Part shown: positions 22,576-36,157 of the stretch, in pieces | Numbering within the stretch: the stretch's first letter is position 1 | How the letters are laid out: each line of letters opens with the position of its first letter | Origin: Saccostrea cucullata | Lineage: Eukaryota | Reading direction: 5' to 3' | DNA: 64,000 bases | Assembly: GCF_032062105.1 (NCBI RefSeq) | Contig: NW_026922193.1 | Location: forward strand, 124,001 to 188,000 | The notes under the pieces: generated by a model | Seen by the model: the letters and a program-made list of their open reading frames with translations, nothing else | Told to the model about the DNA's origin: nothing | The model's database searches: none | Made by a program: the position numbers and the translations under genes

Positions 22576-24791
22576 GCTGCAATTCATTTATAACAAAAGA
22601 AAGATAACTCCTTTCTACTATAATCAAAGTTCTTTATGATGGAAAGGAGGAAAGGATAAAGTTGAAATTATTATCTTGTTAATATTTTATTAATTAACAG
22701 ATATTACTTTTAAAATTAAAATTACCAAAGAATTAACAAAATTTAATTTATTTATTGGCATAGTATCAAATTCTTTATTTCATTGCTCCTAAAAAATGAA
22801 AAGAAAGCAAATTGTAGTCCCTTTTAGAACATCTCTGATAATTTACTGGTATGACACACCCGTACTTGTCTAGTTTTGTAAATCATGACCCCGGAAAGGG
22901 TGGGTGGGGGGCGGGGGTAGATGCTTACCACAATTAGGGACCAACGTTTAACATAGGCAATAGAATGGGGCCGCAGTGAATTATATAAGAGTTTGACAAA
23001 CAAGGAAGCTATAAAAGGCGGAGTTACACAATGGAAATAGAAGCTAATTTTAATTGTAACAAGTCATTTGATTGGATAAAAGAGTTATATCGAATAACAT
23101 GTTTCCTATTATCACAACCAGCTACCTAAAGAAAGTTTTTTTTACTAAAATTAAACGACAGGTTTTTTCACAAAAGAATTTTAAATTTGAAAAATACGCA
23201 ATTTTCAAGGCTTAGAAAATTCATAGTTTTTCAGTTTAAGGTCTTTTAAAATTGTTTTGATGATATGTATATCAAAAAGATGACTATGTTTTTGTGTTAA
23301 ATGGTTAAAGGAATAAGCCAATGAAATTTGACATTTATATCTAACCGGGTTTTTTTGAAAATCAAGGTTTAAGTAGTTCATTGATTAAATTTTTTTCTCC
23401 TTGTAAACAATGAAACGTATAAAGACGTTCGCATCATTCCAAAAACCAATAATTAATCTTTGTCCAAAATATGCATACATGCAGTAGATATATTTAAAAA
23501 TACAAAAATAACGAAAATTAAACGACAGGAATTTTTTGGGGTATGTGTGTTGTACATCCTTAAAATATGGTCAATTTGAAGCTATTTCGGGAAGAAAAAT
23601 TGTCTCATTATCTACACTAAAATTAAATTATAAGGAATAAGGCTTATTTTAACCTATTTTAAACGATATAACATAATTTGGGACAGCGTACATTTTTTTT
23701 TATATAAACCGCTTTATAGTGTGTAAACTGCCCCAAGTTATGTTATATCGCGCGTATAACATAGGTTAGAATAAACTTCATTCCTTAAGTAATACATTTC
23801 ACAGAAACAAATCTGCTGTTTAATAATGGGGTGACGCATGTGAGCGTTGTGGTTCATGGACCAGTTTTTCATATCCCTTTTTTAAAGTGATTTCGTGATT
23901 GATATCGAACTCTCTCTATATATAAATCATTATATTTCCGCATTTCCACATGTCCTTTATGTCTATTCAGGAAATTGTCAATAGTTTGCCTAATATTACA
24001 GTCAATATGGAAATACTCGTGTTTAAAAACAAATTAACAAAAAATAGAAAAACGAAATTAAAAAGAATATCAAGTTTCAATAATTTCCGAGACACGGATT
24101 CGAAAAAAAGTAGTTTCGCTCTCCTTGCCAGAAAATATCCATAGCAAACCAAAAAAAAAAAAAAAAAAGAGAGAACTTATATATATGTAAGCTCAAGTAT
24201 ATTTCGTCTGGAATTAAGTACTTAGCTCTTAAGAATTCTTATTTAGTTCTTAAAACTAATTGAGACAAGAAGGCTTAATTGTTCTTAGGAAAAAAAAATC
24301 CTTTTCATCTTTACGATCCTACCGCACCATTCTTAAATAAAGAAACAAAGTTTTAGCATATTCTCCGCAAACTCCAACGGCAAGAACCCGGAAGTATGTT
24401 ATTTTTATATTCCGTGGATATGCGTTATAAGGCGTGTATGATGCAAGCATAGAGTGGATTGTTATGACTCAGGCTCCTATAGCGTTATAATCTGGGAACT
24501 TCATTACCGGATTTCTTGATTATTTAGTTTTAGAAGATTAACACAAGATAAGGAACGAACGCTGTATGATATAGAGATATTCCGCGCAATTGAATCTGTG
24601 TCGTTTCCAGGGGAACGCTTTGCTAAATTACACAGTGGTTGGTCGACCATGCGAAGTTTTGAGGCAGTTGGTAAATTATAACAAACTCCGTACTTTTGAA
24701 GAGGAAAAAAGAGCCGTTTTCTGGCTATACTTTGACATTAAGAGTTCAGTTTAGTTCTTCGTCGCCGTTTCCTTTGTCATACTTTTTGAGA

Positions 24792-27657
24792 ATGAACAGT
24801 TGTACCGCCATCTCGGGGTTAATTTTGCTGGTGGTGACCAACTTAGCGTGCATTGTCAGCTTCGCCACCCCTTACTGGCTGGAGAAAACAGGGAAGACGA
24901 TAGGCCTGTGGGCGGAATGTCATGACCAGAAATGTGAATGGGTGTTTGAAAAGTCCAGCTACAGTCCCACCGACAAGGGTAAGACAAGATGTTTAAAGTT
25001 TCAAAAAAATATATTCACCGATATATAAGAAAATTGTAAATGAATAAAAATTTGTCTGAATAAAGTTTTGAAATTCATTGTAACAAATATTTCTGAGAAA
25101 ATTTGTATTTGTGTACCAAAAAGATAATTCCCTTAAATTTTGCAATAAGAGCTACTCTGACTAGGAAGCTCTATAGAAATGTCAGCTAATGACTGAGGTG
25201 TACATTTTTTTCTCTTTAAGCTTTCATCTTTAATTGATATAAGAGCACCGACGCCAAGTTCAGATTCTTGCTCTATATTTTTTATTTTTCGCGTTTTTGT
25301 TCTCCATTATAGGTTACAGAGTGCAACCTATTATAATGATTTAATTGAGCTATATTTATTTACAGATTACGTCATCGCTTCCCAGGGATTGATGTCCGTT
25401 GGCCTGGCCGTGTGTCTCATAGCACTACTTGTCGCTACCTTAGCCTTATGTTGCCAGTGCACTAGTTGCAACCACGCAGGATTTGTGGCGGGTTTGCTTA
25501 TAACAGCGTGTAAGTTTTAAAGACTTGTTCCTATTTATTATTTTATCATGTTTATCATGTTTTATTGTACATGTAATGTATTTTTTGTTGCATCCAAATT
25601 TCGAGTTTTGTACTATTTATGTTATTTGTTTGTTTGTTATTAATTTAAATTTCACTTTGGAAACATTTTACTTGTCTCATGAGAGCACCTGCTAAAAATC
25701 TGTTTTCCCCAGAAATCACTCAATACATATAGATATCAAGTATCAATATATCCTGCGTCCTGTTCAGTTGATACATTTTTAGAAAATTTATAAGATGATT
25801 GGTTTTCGATAAAACAATTTAAATAAAAAATATTTCATTAATATAATAATATATTTAAAACAGGTTTTTGTTTAAACTAAAATTAAAAATTCTTATGGAA
25901 GTTGTCCCAATGATAAACAAGTTTATTTGTAGACTATTAAACAAAGGAGACATTTGAAAAATATGGTTAAATGTAAATTCATTAAAAGACTTAGCAGGCT
26001 ACAAGTGGGCGAGCACTCATTTTCTCTTGAAGAATTTCAAGCTACAATAATTTCTCCTTGTAATGCTCTTATTTTCATTACATTCTACACTGATTAGTAC
26101 TTGAATGCATAGAATAAAATGGCGCATTAATATAATTTTGAATATATTTAAATAACATCTGACAATAGGTTTCAAGGACATAAGCAACGTACATGTACAC
26201 AAACTCTAAAACGTGCTCAACCAAAAAAACAAAACAAAAAAAAACCTTTTACCCCACTTTACAAGAAAGAAAGCTGTTTACGGAAAAAATGTGGGATTAT
26301 TACGTGATGCAGAGTCATTCTAAGGGGGGGGGGGCGCACCCGGCGCGCGCCCCCTTAAAATTGTCCAAGTTAGCATAAAACATAGTTTGTCGAGAAAATG
26401 TTTTAAATGTCTACTCGGTAGACCTCATTTTTACCCTACAAAACCTCTAGAATCCAAGAGCTTCCGGGGCCTTCGCCCCCTGGGCCCCCACCCGGGCGCC
26501 CCCAGACCCCCTGCCTGAATCTGGCGCCCCCCTAACTTCAATTCCTGGATCCGCCCCTGGAAATACATTGCATATGTAGAGACAGTGTGAATCGACATAC
26601 ATGTATAAAGTTAAAACCAAATAAATGCAAGCGATTATTCTGGGGATTTTACAATTATTTGTTATTGTATACATGATGAATAAGTTTAATAAATAAAACT
26701 TGTGAAAAAAAATGTCAAATAAGCCTTAGGGTTGAATATCGAGGGGGGAGGGGGTGGTACCTTTCACAAGTACCTGTGGTTTTCCTAACACAGGAAATGC
26801 ATGAAAATTAAGTTTATTAAACAATTCAAAAATATATCTCCTGATATATGAAATCTATTTAATATTTAAGAATCTATAATATAAATAAAAATATTTTTTG
26901 CTGATCAAAATTCCATTAATTATTTAAATTTCCCTCTAATATATATAACACTTTTTCTTGCATTGTAATTTAATCAAATGACCCATTTGATATAATTATA
27001 TTGAACTATTTCTTGATAGTAAAAACATAATAAAGGGAAATAATCAAATGTTGAACCCGCTTTTGATTGGTTGTTTACTTGAAGAAACTCGAATTTTGAA
27101 TCTCGAATTTCGAATTTTGAATCTCGAATTTCGAATCTCGTATTTGGAAACTCGAATCTCGAATGAGCCTTCTGGGCTTTCGTAAGTTTTGACCATATAT
27201 ACATGAAAATAATGAAAAACCTTAAATTTGTAAAAGAAAACTTGGCATGATATTATAGTTTAGCTGCTATTTGACATAAATTTGATTTTGATGTGTACAG
27301 TATTGCCAGGCATTAAAAATGACAAGAATGGTCCTACAATAATTGGAAATTTTAAAGTTTACAAAGAATAAGAAATTGAAGTTCAAGACTATGTTGCGTA
27401 TGCCCTCAAACTATTTTTTCTGTCCTCTGTATCAAAATGATTAATAGATTTGTATCCTAATTTTTTTGACAGTTTTAAGCATGGGAATAGCTACGGCCGT
27501 GTACGGAATTAAATCATCTAAAGAAGAAAATGCCAAAGTGTCGTATGACGCGTCCCTTCACTTCGGATGGTCATTCTGGGTGGCGGTGGGGGCAGCTGGA
27601 ATGGCACTGGTGACGTCATTGATTTACGGCTGTTCTTCCAAAGGAACGGACGAATAA
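24792..27657 (+). CDS. Claudin/PMP22-superfamily tetraspan membrane protein, 3 exons (24792-24978, 25366-25509, 27473-27657), 171 aa
   Basis: GT-AG junctions in phase; W-GLW-C-C signature (TPYW...GLWAECHDQKC); four hydrophobic segments; FGWSFW before TM4. Confidence 0.88.
26190..27185. mobile_element. Partial copy of the TACGAAAGCCCAGAAGG-ended foldback-like element, with a nested GC-rich ...GGATCCGCCCCTG repeat (~26315-26560)
   Basis: Similar to 54500-55421; ends GAGCCTTCTGGGCTTTCGTA after a TCGAATC/TTCGAA 7-mer run; lies in claudin intron 2. Confidence 0.65.
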
Positions 27658-28071
27658 TCATACGAGAAAGCTCAACAGAAAATACAAAAACTTTGTTCAT
27701 TCCTAAACAAACAATAACCCTTCTATTTGTAAAATAATGTATAAATGTAGATAAATTATGGAACAATTTAGTACTTTCAAAGCATTCAAATTATTTTATT
27801 CCGTATGTAGTATTACATGCATATTTTGAAGTGATGTTTTCATATTTTGTTTTAAATTATCATGAATATGAAACTGTCAGGAAGTTAAAAACATAGATGA
27901 ATAATTTCCTTAATTGTTAATAATGTAAAACACAAGTACCCTAATTAAGAATATATATGGAATTTCAGCATCAGGAAGTACATACTTTTAGGAAATGGAC
28001 TTTATCTTCAGGAAGTTGTATAAAACAATGAACTGTTTAGATGTGAATTTTCTCTTAGCAATATTTCAATC

Positions 28072-29340
28072 ATGTACGACAACACGTCTTTTAATGTTAG
28101 CATTTTTTTAGTTGACACAAATAGTACTTTGGACTACACAAATAGTACTTTGGACTATGAAAATGAACTAGAAGTTGCTTTGGCGGGAAACACGGCGTTG
28201 TTGGTTTTATTCATGCTTTTTGGCTCCTTTGGTAACTGTTTGGTGCTGTTTGTTTATAAAGACTACAAATTCTCCAACAAGCTTGACGACCGCCGCTTCA
28301 TACCCTATCTGGCTCTGATGGATTTCATGGCTTCCCTAGCCTCGTCCTGTCAATACATGATCGAAAATGGATATCCGCTGCGGTATCCCGGAAGTTTATC
28401 TTGCAAGGTTTTGACATTTACAAGCTTGCTTCCGGCATCTATTTCGGGGATGATTTTGCTTGCAATTGCATTTCACCGATATAAAAGAGTTTGTAATCCT
28501 TTTTCTCGCTTGCACATCACACAGACTCAAACAATTGCAATGACTGCTGTGGGCGGCTTAGTTATATCTTTTCCCTCGTTAGTTTTTAGCGACATAACTT
28601 TGTTTTTTGACATAGAACATGGAATTAACGCGACAAAGTGCCTACGATTGTCACCCACATTAAAAACCTCGTCTAGTGTGTATTCGTCGTTTATAGCAGC
28701 CCTTTGTGTAGGGGGTATTCTTTTCATTATTGTGTCCTACTCACTGGTCGGCGTCCGCATCAAAAGACAGTACTCCCTGGCCCAGTCCACGATTAGAACG
28801 ACTCCCGCCAACGATATCGATGACACGTCCGAAGACCTGACGGCGAGCACATTTTCGTTGTCTACTGTTGCTACGAAAGATATGTTTTGGCATACAAAAG
28901 ACTATAAAACACACTCCACTTTCTACCTAGACGACATTGATAAAGCAGAAAATTCAAGTTGTGTGCCATCTAGCATGAATACCCTTGAAACGACATTAAA
29001 AAAGAAGAAAAAGCGCGCAAAGCAAACAAGATTTATTCAGCGCAAGCGAGCTCGGTTTTTAAGATTTACTTGGATGTTTGTTATCATGTCGGCAGTGTAT
29101 TGCTGTTCCCTTCTTCCTAGAGTTATCGTTCGTGTTCTAGAGATGGCGGTCACAAACTTCTGGTTCAAGCTTGACAGGGAAACGCTGGTAGCCATGACGT
29201 TTCTGGCACGAATTTACATCATTAGTTTTATTGTTAATCCGGTAATATATGGATTCTTTGATAATAAATTCCGTAAAAAATGTAAGCGTTTACTTAAAAA
29301 CTGTAATTGTTATTTACGAGTCACGACAACGACGGTATAG
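28072..29340 (+). CDS. Intronless rhodopsin-like (class A) GPCR, peptide-receptor-like orphan (422 aa)
   Basis: Seven hydrophobic segments; GNCLV (TM1), LALMD (TM2), IAFHRYKRVCNP (DRY variant), NPVIY (TM7); N-glycosylated N-terminus; long ICL3. Confidence 0.92.
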   Translation: MYDNTSFNVSIFLVDTNSTLDYTNSTLDYENELEVALAGNTALLVLFMLFGSFGNCLVLFVYKDYKFSNKLDDRRFIPYLALMDFMASLASSCQYMIENGYPLRYPGSLSCKVLTFTSLLPASISGMILLAIAFHRYKRVCNPFSRLHITQTQTIAMTAVGGLVISFPSLVFSDITLFFDIEHGINATKCLRLSPTLKTSSSVYSSFIAALCVGGILFIIVSYSLVGVRIKRQYSLAQSTIRTTPANDIDDTSEDLTASTFSLSTVATKDMFWHTKDYKTHSTFYLDDIDKAENSSCVPSSMNTLETTLKKKKKRAKQTRFIQRKRARFLRFTWMFVIMSAVYCCSLLPRVIVRVLEMAVTNFWFKLDRETLVAMTFLARIYIISFIVNPVIYGFFDNKFRKKCKRLLKNCNCYLRVTTTTV

Positions 29341-29782
29341 TTATGTATTTTTATGTTATACTAGGTTTTTTGTATCAATAAATACTTGTATTTTCCTTAT
29401 TTATTTTTTAAAAATGCATTCTATAGTTTAAATTCGTAGCAATAACAGTGGAAACCGTCTCCCAAAAGAACGTCTTCCTTCTGATTAAAGAAAAAATAGT
29501 ATTGTTATTTATATTTTGTACTGCATTGCATGTATCGACGATATTTTTATTATATCTGTTTAAAATCGCTTCCTCTTACATAAAAGGAGTGTCATACTTA
29601 ACTGCAATTTTTTTATGGAAAGATTTGTAAGTAAAGCACTGACAAATAAGAATGAATTTTCATAAATATACTTTTTTATGATCACAAAGTGTAATTGTTA
29701 ATAAAATTGAAAAATAAATATTATATTTTTGAAAATTATTTTGTATATTTATTTTACTATATATTGTTTAAAATATAAAACA

Positions 29783-31275
29783 TATGGAGATAAAGAACAG
29801 CATTCAAGATCAAGACCATAAAACAATACAAAATAGGAGCAGAGCATACACGGACCTCCAAAACATCAGAGGTGGGATCAGGTGCCATGGAGGATTGAGT
29901 ATCTCATGTCGACCAGTCGCACCCGCCGTATGTTCCTTGTCATGATCGGGAAATAACGAAAAAATCCGTCATTTATCCAGTGTATAAATAATGGACTAAC
30001 AATGGGTATGAAAAAGTCAGTCTGCAGTTGACTCAATGACTCTTATTTGCTGACAAAGTCATTGTATCGACCATAGAACTTACGAAATTATGACTTTAAA
30101 CGAGACTGCAGATTTTCTTGTTTCATCATCTTGTCTGTCAGTAATTTACCTTGTTTTAGAACTTATATTTACGTAGATCATGCTCTCGCGTATTGAATCA
30201 ACTGAGATATATACACTCCGTATGCAGTTGATGAAGGTATATTGCTGCATAAGTAAGGGAAGTTGACGAATAAAAAATTCTCATCATCAGGTTTATCATA
30301 TTGCTTGGTTGTTAGATAACCATTAATGTCTTTTTCAAGTAAAATATCCAGTTACAAAACAGATGTGTCAACCTCTGTGGTATCTTTTGTATCAAGCTGA
30401 CCGGGATATTTCGCATCAACATAAGAATGGAAATTACCTTTGTTTATTGACAATACGTCGTCGATTTATCTAAATCTTGAGTTGAAGACCACAGCAAGTA
30501 TTTTTTTTCTTTTCACGCATAAGATTTTGCACAAATTCTGCTTTTTTGAATACAAAAATAGGTCTGCTAATAACGGGGCGCAATTTGTACCCACAGGAAT
30601 TCCAATAGATTGTTTAAAGACGGGTCTCCAAAAACAACAAAGATTGTCAATCATGCAGAAACTCAAGTATATGAATCCTTTATTACACTTTTTTTCGGAT
30701 GCTGTTTTCTTTTCAAATCTTTTCCAGTCTAAATTAGAAGAAATTTCAAAACAGACGTTCCAAGTTCACTGGTATATATCCAATTGACATATGAATTAAC
30801 GTAATCATTGTTTATTTTTATACATCTTTGCTTTACCTAAATGTTGCGTTAAAAGCAATAGCATAGCCCTCTTCTTTTTAAGAAGAATGTTAAAAAATAA
30901 ATTCTCCTTCATTGGAATATAAAAAGGCCAGCTCATTCAAACGGTTTGTTAGAAGATTTGGTCTCTGAAGACTATACATAAATGTCAGAAAGGAACTCCA
31001 ATCTCATTTTAATATCATCCTGAGAGCACTTGTTTGTAGAATCAGAGTGATCTTTAACAAAGTAATTTGTAGACCATATAAAAGAAAGGAAAATTTCTTA
31101 CTTTTACTGTTATTGAAGAAGCGTTGTCTATAATATAAAATGGAATCTCGGGGAATGGATTATAAAGTGTAAAAAGTTGTGCGTTTTGATGTTATTGAAT
31201 GTTAAAAAAAAAATGGCGATTTCAAATTTTCCAAAAGTTCTTTGCAGTCTTTAAGGATCCACATCCGATTTACAA
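29783..31275 (-). mobile_element. Penelope-like retroelement remnant, fragmented
   Basis: Minus strand encodes FKQSIGIPVGTNCAPLLADLFLY and FRF.DDVLSIN; family 3' tail at 29783-29950. Confidence 0.75.
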
Positions 31276-31287
31276 ATATCGTCGACA

Positions 31288-31495
31288 TACTGTAAATTCA
31301 CATATTTTCGAGGGATTAAATTTCGTGGTTCTTGGAAAGTATATTGGTAAACGGGGATTTGATTACGAGGTTGAATAATTGTTCAGTAGTACAATATGTG
31401 AAAAATTGCATTTGGTGGTGGACATAAATTGGGTTTCTTCATAACTTTAAAACAACGAAAATCAAACCAAAACGAACATTTGCTATTTTACAGTA
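31288..31495. mobile_element. TA-flanked MITE (TACTGTAAA...TTTACAGTA)
   Basis: Terminal inverted repeats. Confidence 0.55.
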
Positions 31496-32372
31496 TGAGT
31501 AAACATTTATACTTTAATTAATCTTTGTATATTAAATAAAAGCCATCGTGAAATCTTTCTTCTAATCGTATAGAGGTTTAAAAAATAACTTTATAGAAAA
31601 AAAAACCCATAATATATGATACCATTTCACGATTATATAAAATATAATGTAATGAATATTGAATTACAACAAATGCACGATAAACATTGCATATACTGTC
31701 CAATTTTATTCACACAATTTGATGGACATTGAAAGGAACACGACAAAATGAGTTCAGGTTGAAAATGCTATGGTTTTTAAATTATGTCCCCTAAATGACG
31801 TCAAATCTTGGTAATGTTCATGTCTAGACATTGCACAAAATTCCATAACTTAAGACAACAGTTCATTTCTCTTTAGTTATAACCTAGATTTCCATTGGAA
31901 GTATACCTTTTTAGATAAATTAAAGATTTAAATTTAGGTTTAGTACCAATATATTAAGACAGGATTTGATAATTAGTTTTGAAATGAGGGTATACCCAGC
32001 TAGTTTGATAAATCCATTTTGCTTGAAATGCAATTTTTAGCAATTTTTTGACGTAGTTATGTGGCTATATTATTCCAACTAAGTGAAAATTTTTAACTGA
32101 AATTATTTGTTGCTAAAAATTGTATTTATTCAAATATTTAATGAGACAAATTTCAAAGAAATTGGCCAAGACTTGAGTTTCTGACAATAATTTAAAATGG
32201 TATCATATATTATGGGACACCCTGTATATGTATACTGTCTGTATTGGGGTATCTAAAGACCACTTACATATTCCCAATGAGGACCTCAAGCATCTATTTA
32301 ATTAAAATTCATAGCATTTGCGTGTAAAATCATTTTTATTTCCTTTGATGAACTGATTTTACAAATAAAAAG

Positions 32373-32406
<34 letters not shown>

Positions 32407-32866
32407 TACTGTAGCTTAGAAAAAGTAGAAATTGGTTTATTATTGAAAAGTTAAAATCCAAAAGTAATCCCATGATCAATCATGGATTTGCTATTCTTCA
32501 AAGAATTTTCCCATAATTATTTCTATGTAAAACTTTGGTCGGCCATTTTGGCCCCGCCCTACCCCCTGGGGTCATGATTTGAACAAATTTGAATCTACAC
32601 TACCTGAAGATGCTTCCATATAAATATGATGAATAATGGCTTTGTCATTCTTGAGAAGAAGATTTTTAAAGAATTTTCCCATTAATTTCTATGTAAAACT
32701 TTGGTCGGCCATTTTGGCCCCGCCCCACCCCCGGGGGTCATGATTTGAACAAACTTGAATCTTCACTACCTGAGGATACTTCCATATAAATTTGATGAAT
32801 TATGGCTCTGTCATTCTTGAGAAGAAGATTTTTAAAGAATTTTCCTATATATTTCTATGTAAAACT

Positions 32867-33457
32867 TAGTCTCGTTCAACCAGACCCTCGGCTGTCTCCG
32901 TAAATCTCCGACCAGCCAGAGGGTCTGGTAAAGATACGTATTATCGATTGTGACGCCAAAACGAGGCTTACCGAAATTCTGGTAAAGTTTTGGATTGGCT
33001 GAAAAGAACACACCTACACGATTTAAATAAATACATGATAAACCAGGAGAAAAATAACTTAAAGATGTAAAAGTTATATGTCTAAAAGTTAAAGCTGTTA
33101 GATAGGAATTGTTCACGGTGTTGCCCACCAGTTATAGGTAAGTGTGTTTTATTATGTCTTGCAAATATTCCGTACGAAAGCAAAAGTGAAAGTAGTGTAG
33201 CCCTACCTGCGTAATACACATTCCTTCGATTGATATTGTAATTTCTCGTTTGGTGTCACAAATTAAAGATTAGTTTATTAATATAAAGTCACAAACCAGA
33301 AGAAGAAACACATATAACATTTGTTTTCAAAAAGGATCGTCAAAATGAAAACAAGATAGCGCCCTCTGACGGTTACAAACGCTTACGTGATTCTTTACCA
33401 GACTCTCTGCTGGTCGGAGTTTACGGAGACAGCCGAGCGTCTGGTTGAACGAGACTA
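32867..33457. mobile_element. Non-autonomous TIR element with TAG ends and 9-bp TSD (Academ-like)
   Basis: ~65-bp TIR beginning TAGTCTCGTTCAACCAGAC; TSD TGTAAAACT at 32858-32866 and 33458-33466. Confidence 0.8.
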
Positions 33458-33619
33458 TGTAAAACTTTGGTCGGCCATTTTGGCCCCGCCCTACCCCCGG
33501 GGGTCATGATTTGAACAAACTTGAATCTTCACTACCTGAGGATGCTTCCATATAAATTTGATGAATTATGGCTCTGTCATTCTTGAGAAGAAGATTTTTA
33601 AAGAATTTTCCTATATATT

Positions 33620-35025
33620 TTTAACTCTTCTGAGCCAAAGGCTCAAAGAGCTAATGCTATGGCCATTTGTGCGGTGTGCGTCGTGCGGTGTGCGGTGTGC
33701 GTTAACTTTTTAGAAAATGGACCATAACTCAAGAACGCCTTGGCCAATCAGTGTCAAATTTGTCACAGGGTATCCTTAAACAAGGGGAGATAATCAGGAA
33801 AACAAAACCAAAAGTACTGGTTGCTAAAAAATCTTCTTCTCCAGAACCACCAGGCAGATTTTCACCAAACTTACATACAAGGATCAGGATATGTTGAAGA
33901 TTAAAAATTGTTCAAGGCATGACCCTGGGGCAAAGGGCGTGGTCTCAAGGTCACTTCAAAGTTGACCTAAATTTACAATTGATAAAAACGTTTATATTTT
34001 GCTTACTATAAGGACTAGGATCATCAAATCTTGTAAGTTGATGCATCTTAAGACTTCACATCATGTTGAATCAAAAGTAGGTCACAGTGACCTACTTTTT
34101 TAATTCTGCAGGCATTTGTTTTCAAATTGATTTGAAGGCATATTTTGGACACTTTAAGGCCTATGATCATCAAACTTTGTTAGTTAATACATCTTGGGTC
34201 CTTGAACAACTTCAACTTAAAAGTAGGTCACCTTGACCTACTTTTTGAACTTTATGACTTATCCTTTTTCAAACATTTAATCCCATTATTGCAGACACTG
34301 AGAGGATTAGAATCATCAAATCTTGTAAATTGCTGCATCTTGGGACCTTAAAGCATATTTATGAAAAAGTATGTCACTGTGACCTACTTTTTGAATTTTG
34401 CAGGCATATGTTTTCATATTGTTTAAAAGGCATATTTTGATTACCTTCAGACCTACGATCATCAAACTTGGTCAGTAGATGCATCTTGCGACTTTGAAAA
34501 ATGTTGACTAAAATGTAGGTCACGGTGACCTACTTTTGACATTTTATAGCTTTATTTAAGTATCTTAGGTATTTATAAGCTTAGAATCATCAAACTTTGT
34601 GAGTTGACGCATCTTGGGTTTTCGGAGAGTGACGACCAAAAAGTAGGTCATGGTGACCTACTTTTGACATTTTATAGCTTTATTTAAGTATCTTATGTAT
34701 TTATAAGCTTAGAATCATCAAACTTTGTGAGTTGATGCATCTTGGGTTTTCGGAGAGTGATGACCAAAACGTAGGTCACAGTGACCTACTTTTCACATTT
34801 TATGGCTTTATTTAAAGATCTCTGGTACTTATTGGCTTAGAATCATCAAACTTTGTCAGTTGATGCATCTTGGGTATTCAGAGAATGTCAACCGAAAAGT
34901 AGGTCATGGTAACCTACTTTTGAATATCTCAGGTACTTATTGGCTGAGAATCATCAAACTTTGTCAGTTGATGTATTTTGGGCTTTCGAAAGTCGCCTAC
35001 TAAAAATTAGGTCACAGTGACCTTC
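33620..35025 (-). mobile_element. Second HINE-like family in opposite orientation, with a tandem core containing AAAGTAGGTCACNGTGACCTACTTT palindromes
   Basis: Terminal hairpin TGAGCCAAAGGCTCA, GTGCG microsatellite, ~130-150-bp tandem units. Confidence 0.7.
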
Positions 35026-35578
35026 TTGAGAAGAAGATTTTTAAAGAATTTTCCTATATATTTCTATGTAAAACTTTGGTCGGCCATTTTGGCCCCGCCC
35101 TACCCCCGGGGGTCATGATTTGAACAAACTTGAATCTTCACTACCTGAGTATACTTCCATATAAATTTGATGAATTATGGCTCTGTCATTCTTAAGAAGA
35201 AGATTTTTAAAGAATTTTCCAATATATTTCTATGTAAAACTTTTGGCCATTTTGGCCCCATCAAACTTTGGGGGTGATGTATTTTGAACAAACTTCAAGT
35301 CTACACTACCTGAGGATGTTAAAAATCTTTCCTGGCACAGTGGTTCTTGAGAAGAAGATTTTAAAGAATTTTCCAATATATTTCTATGTAAAACTTTGGT
35401 CGGCCATTTTGGCCCCGCCCTACCCCCGGGGGTCATGATTTGAACAAATTTGAATCTACACTACCTGAGGATGTTACCCCATAAGTTTCATCTTTCCTGG
35501 CACAGTGGTTCTTGAGAAGAAGATTTTTAAAACATGCCACCAAATTTTCATTAATTCCCAATTATCTCCCCTTGAATG

Positions 35579-35636
<58 letters not shown>

Positions 35637-35651
35637 GCAAGTTTGGTTGAT

Positions 35652-35719
<68 letters not shown>

Positions 35720-36157
35720 GGACAGACAGACGGACGCCGGACAAAATGTGATCAGAAAAGCTAATAAAGAAATCGGCGTGTTCTATTTACCTATATTAAA
35801 GAAGTGGTTCTATATCATAACGCCTCGTCCAAAGATCAAAAGCTGTATTTTCATTCATGTTAAACAATTTCCATATTTATATAATATTATTAAATACAAA
35901 CATAAGATGAAAATATTGTTTCAAAATTATTTCAGAAATTATATTAATTTGAAATTTGAATTTTGGTGTCTGTTCTCAGCTTTTGATCTTCATGCTTGTT
36001 CTTAATTTATCGGGAGAAAGAAATTGATTTATAAATTGTTAAAATATATTCTGAAATAATTCTTTTTAGTATTTTAAAAAACATATTGACGGTGAAAAGC
36101 AAACTTTTGACTTGTAAGGGTGAAAAAGGTGATGATAACAAACAGTGATCTTATATA

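Larger units (their letters stand above)
32373..35765 (+). mobile_element. HINE/Pearl-like (Helentron-associated) element with ~167-bp tandem core and two nested insertions
   Basis: Head ACAAGAGGCCCATGGGCCACATCGCTCACCTGAG; tandem TTGAACAAACTTGAATC..ACTACCTGAGGATGC units; (GACA/GACG)n near 35697-35735; truncated 3' end GATCAGAAAAGCT. Confidence 0.8.

Noticed and set aside
24696-24791. N-terminal extension of the claudin ORF as given in the track
   Set aside because: It starts at TTG; the ATG at 24792 directly precedes TM1, as expected for the family.
35512-35751. Recurrent ORFs beginning MRRRFLKH (also 41657 and 42329)
   Set aside because: Chance frames in the HINE conserved segment; non-ATG starts and no recognisable domain.
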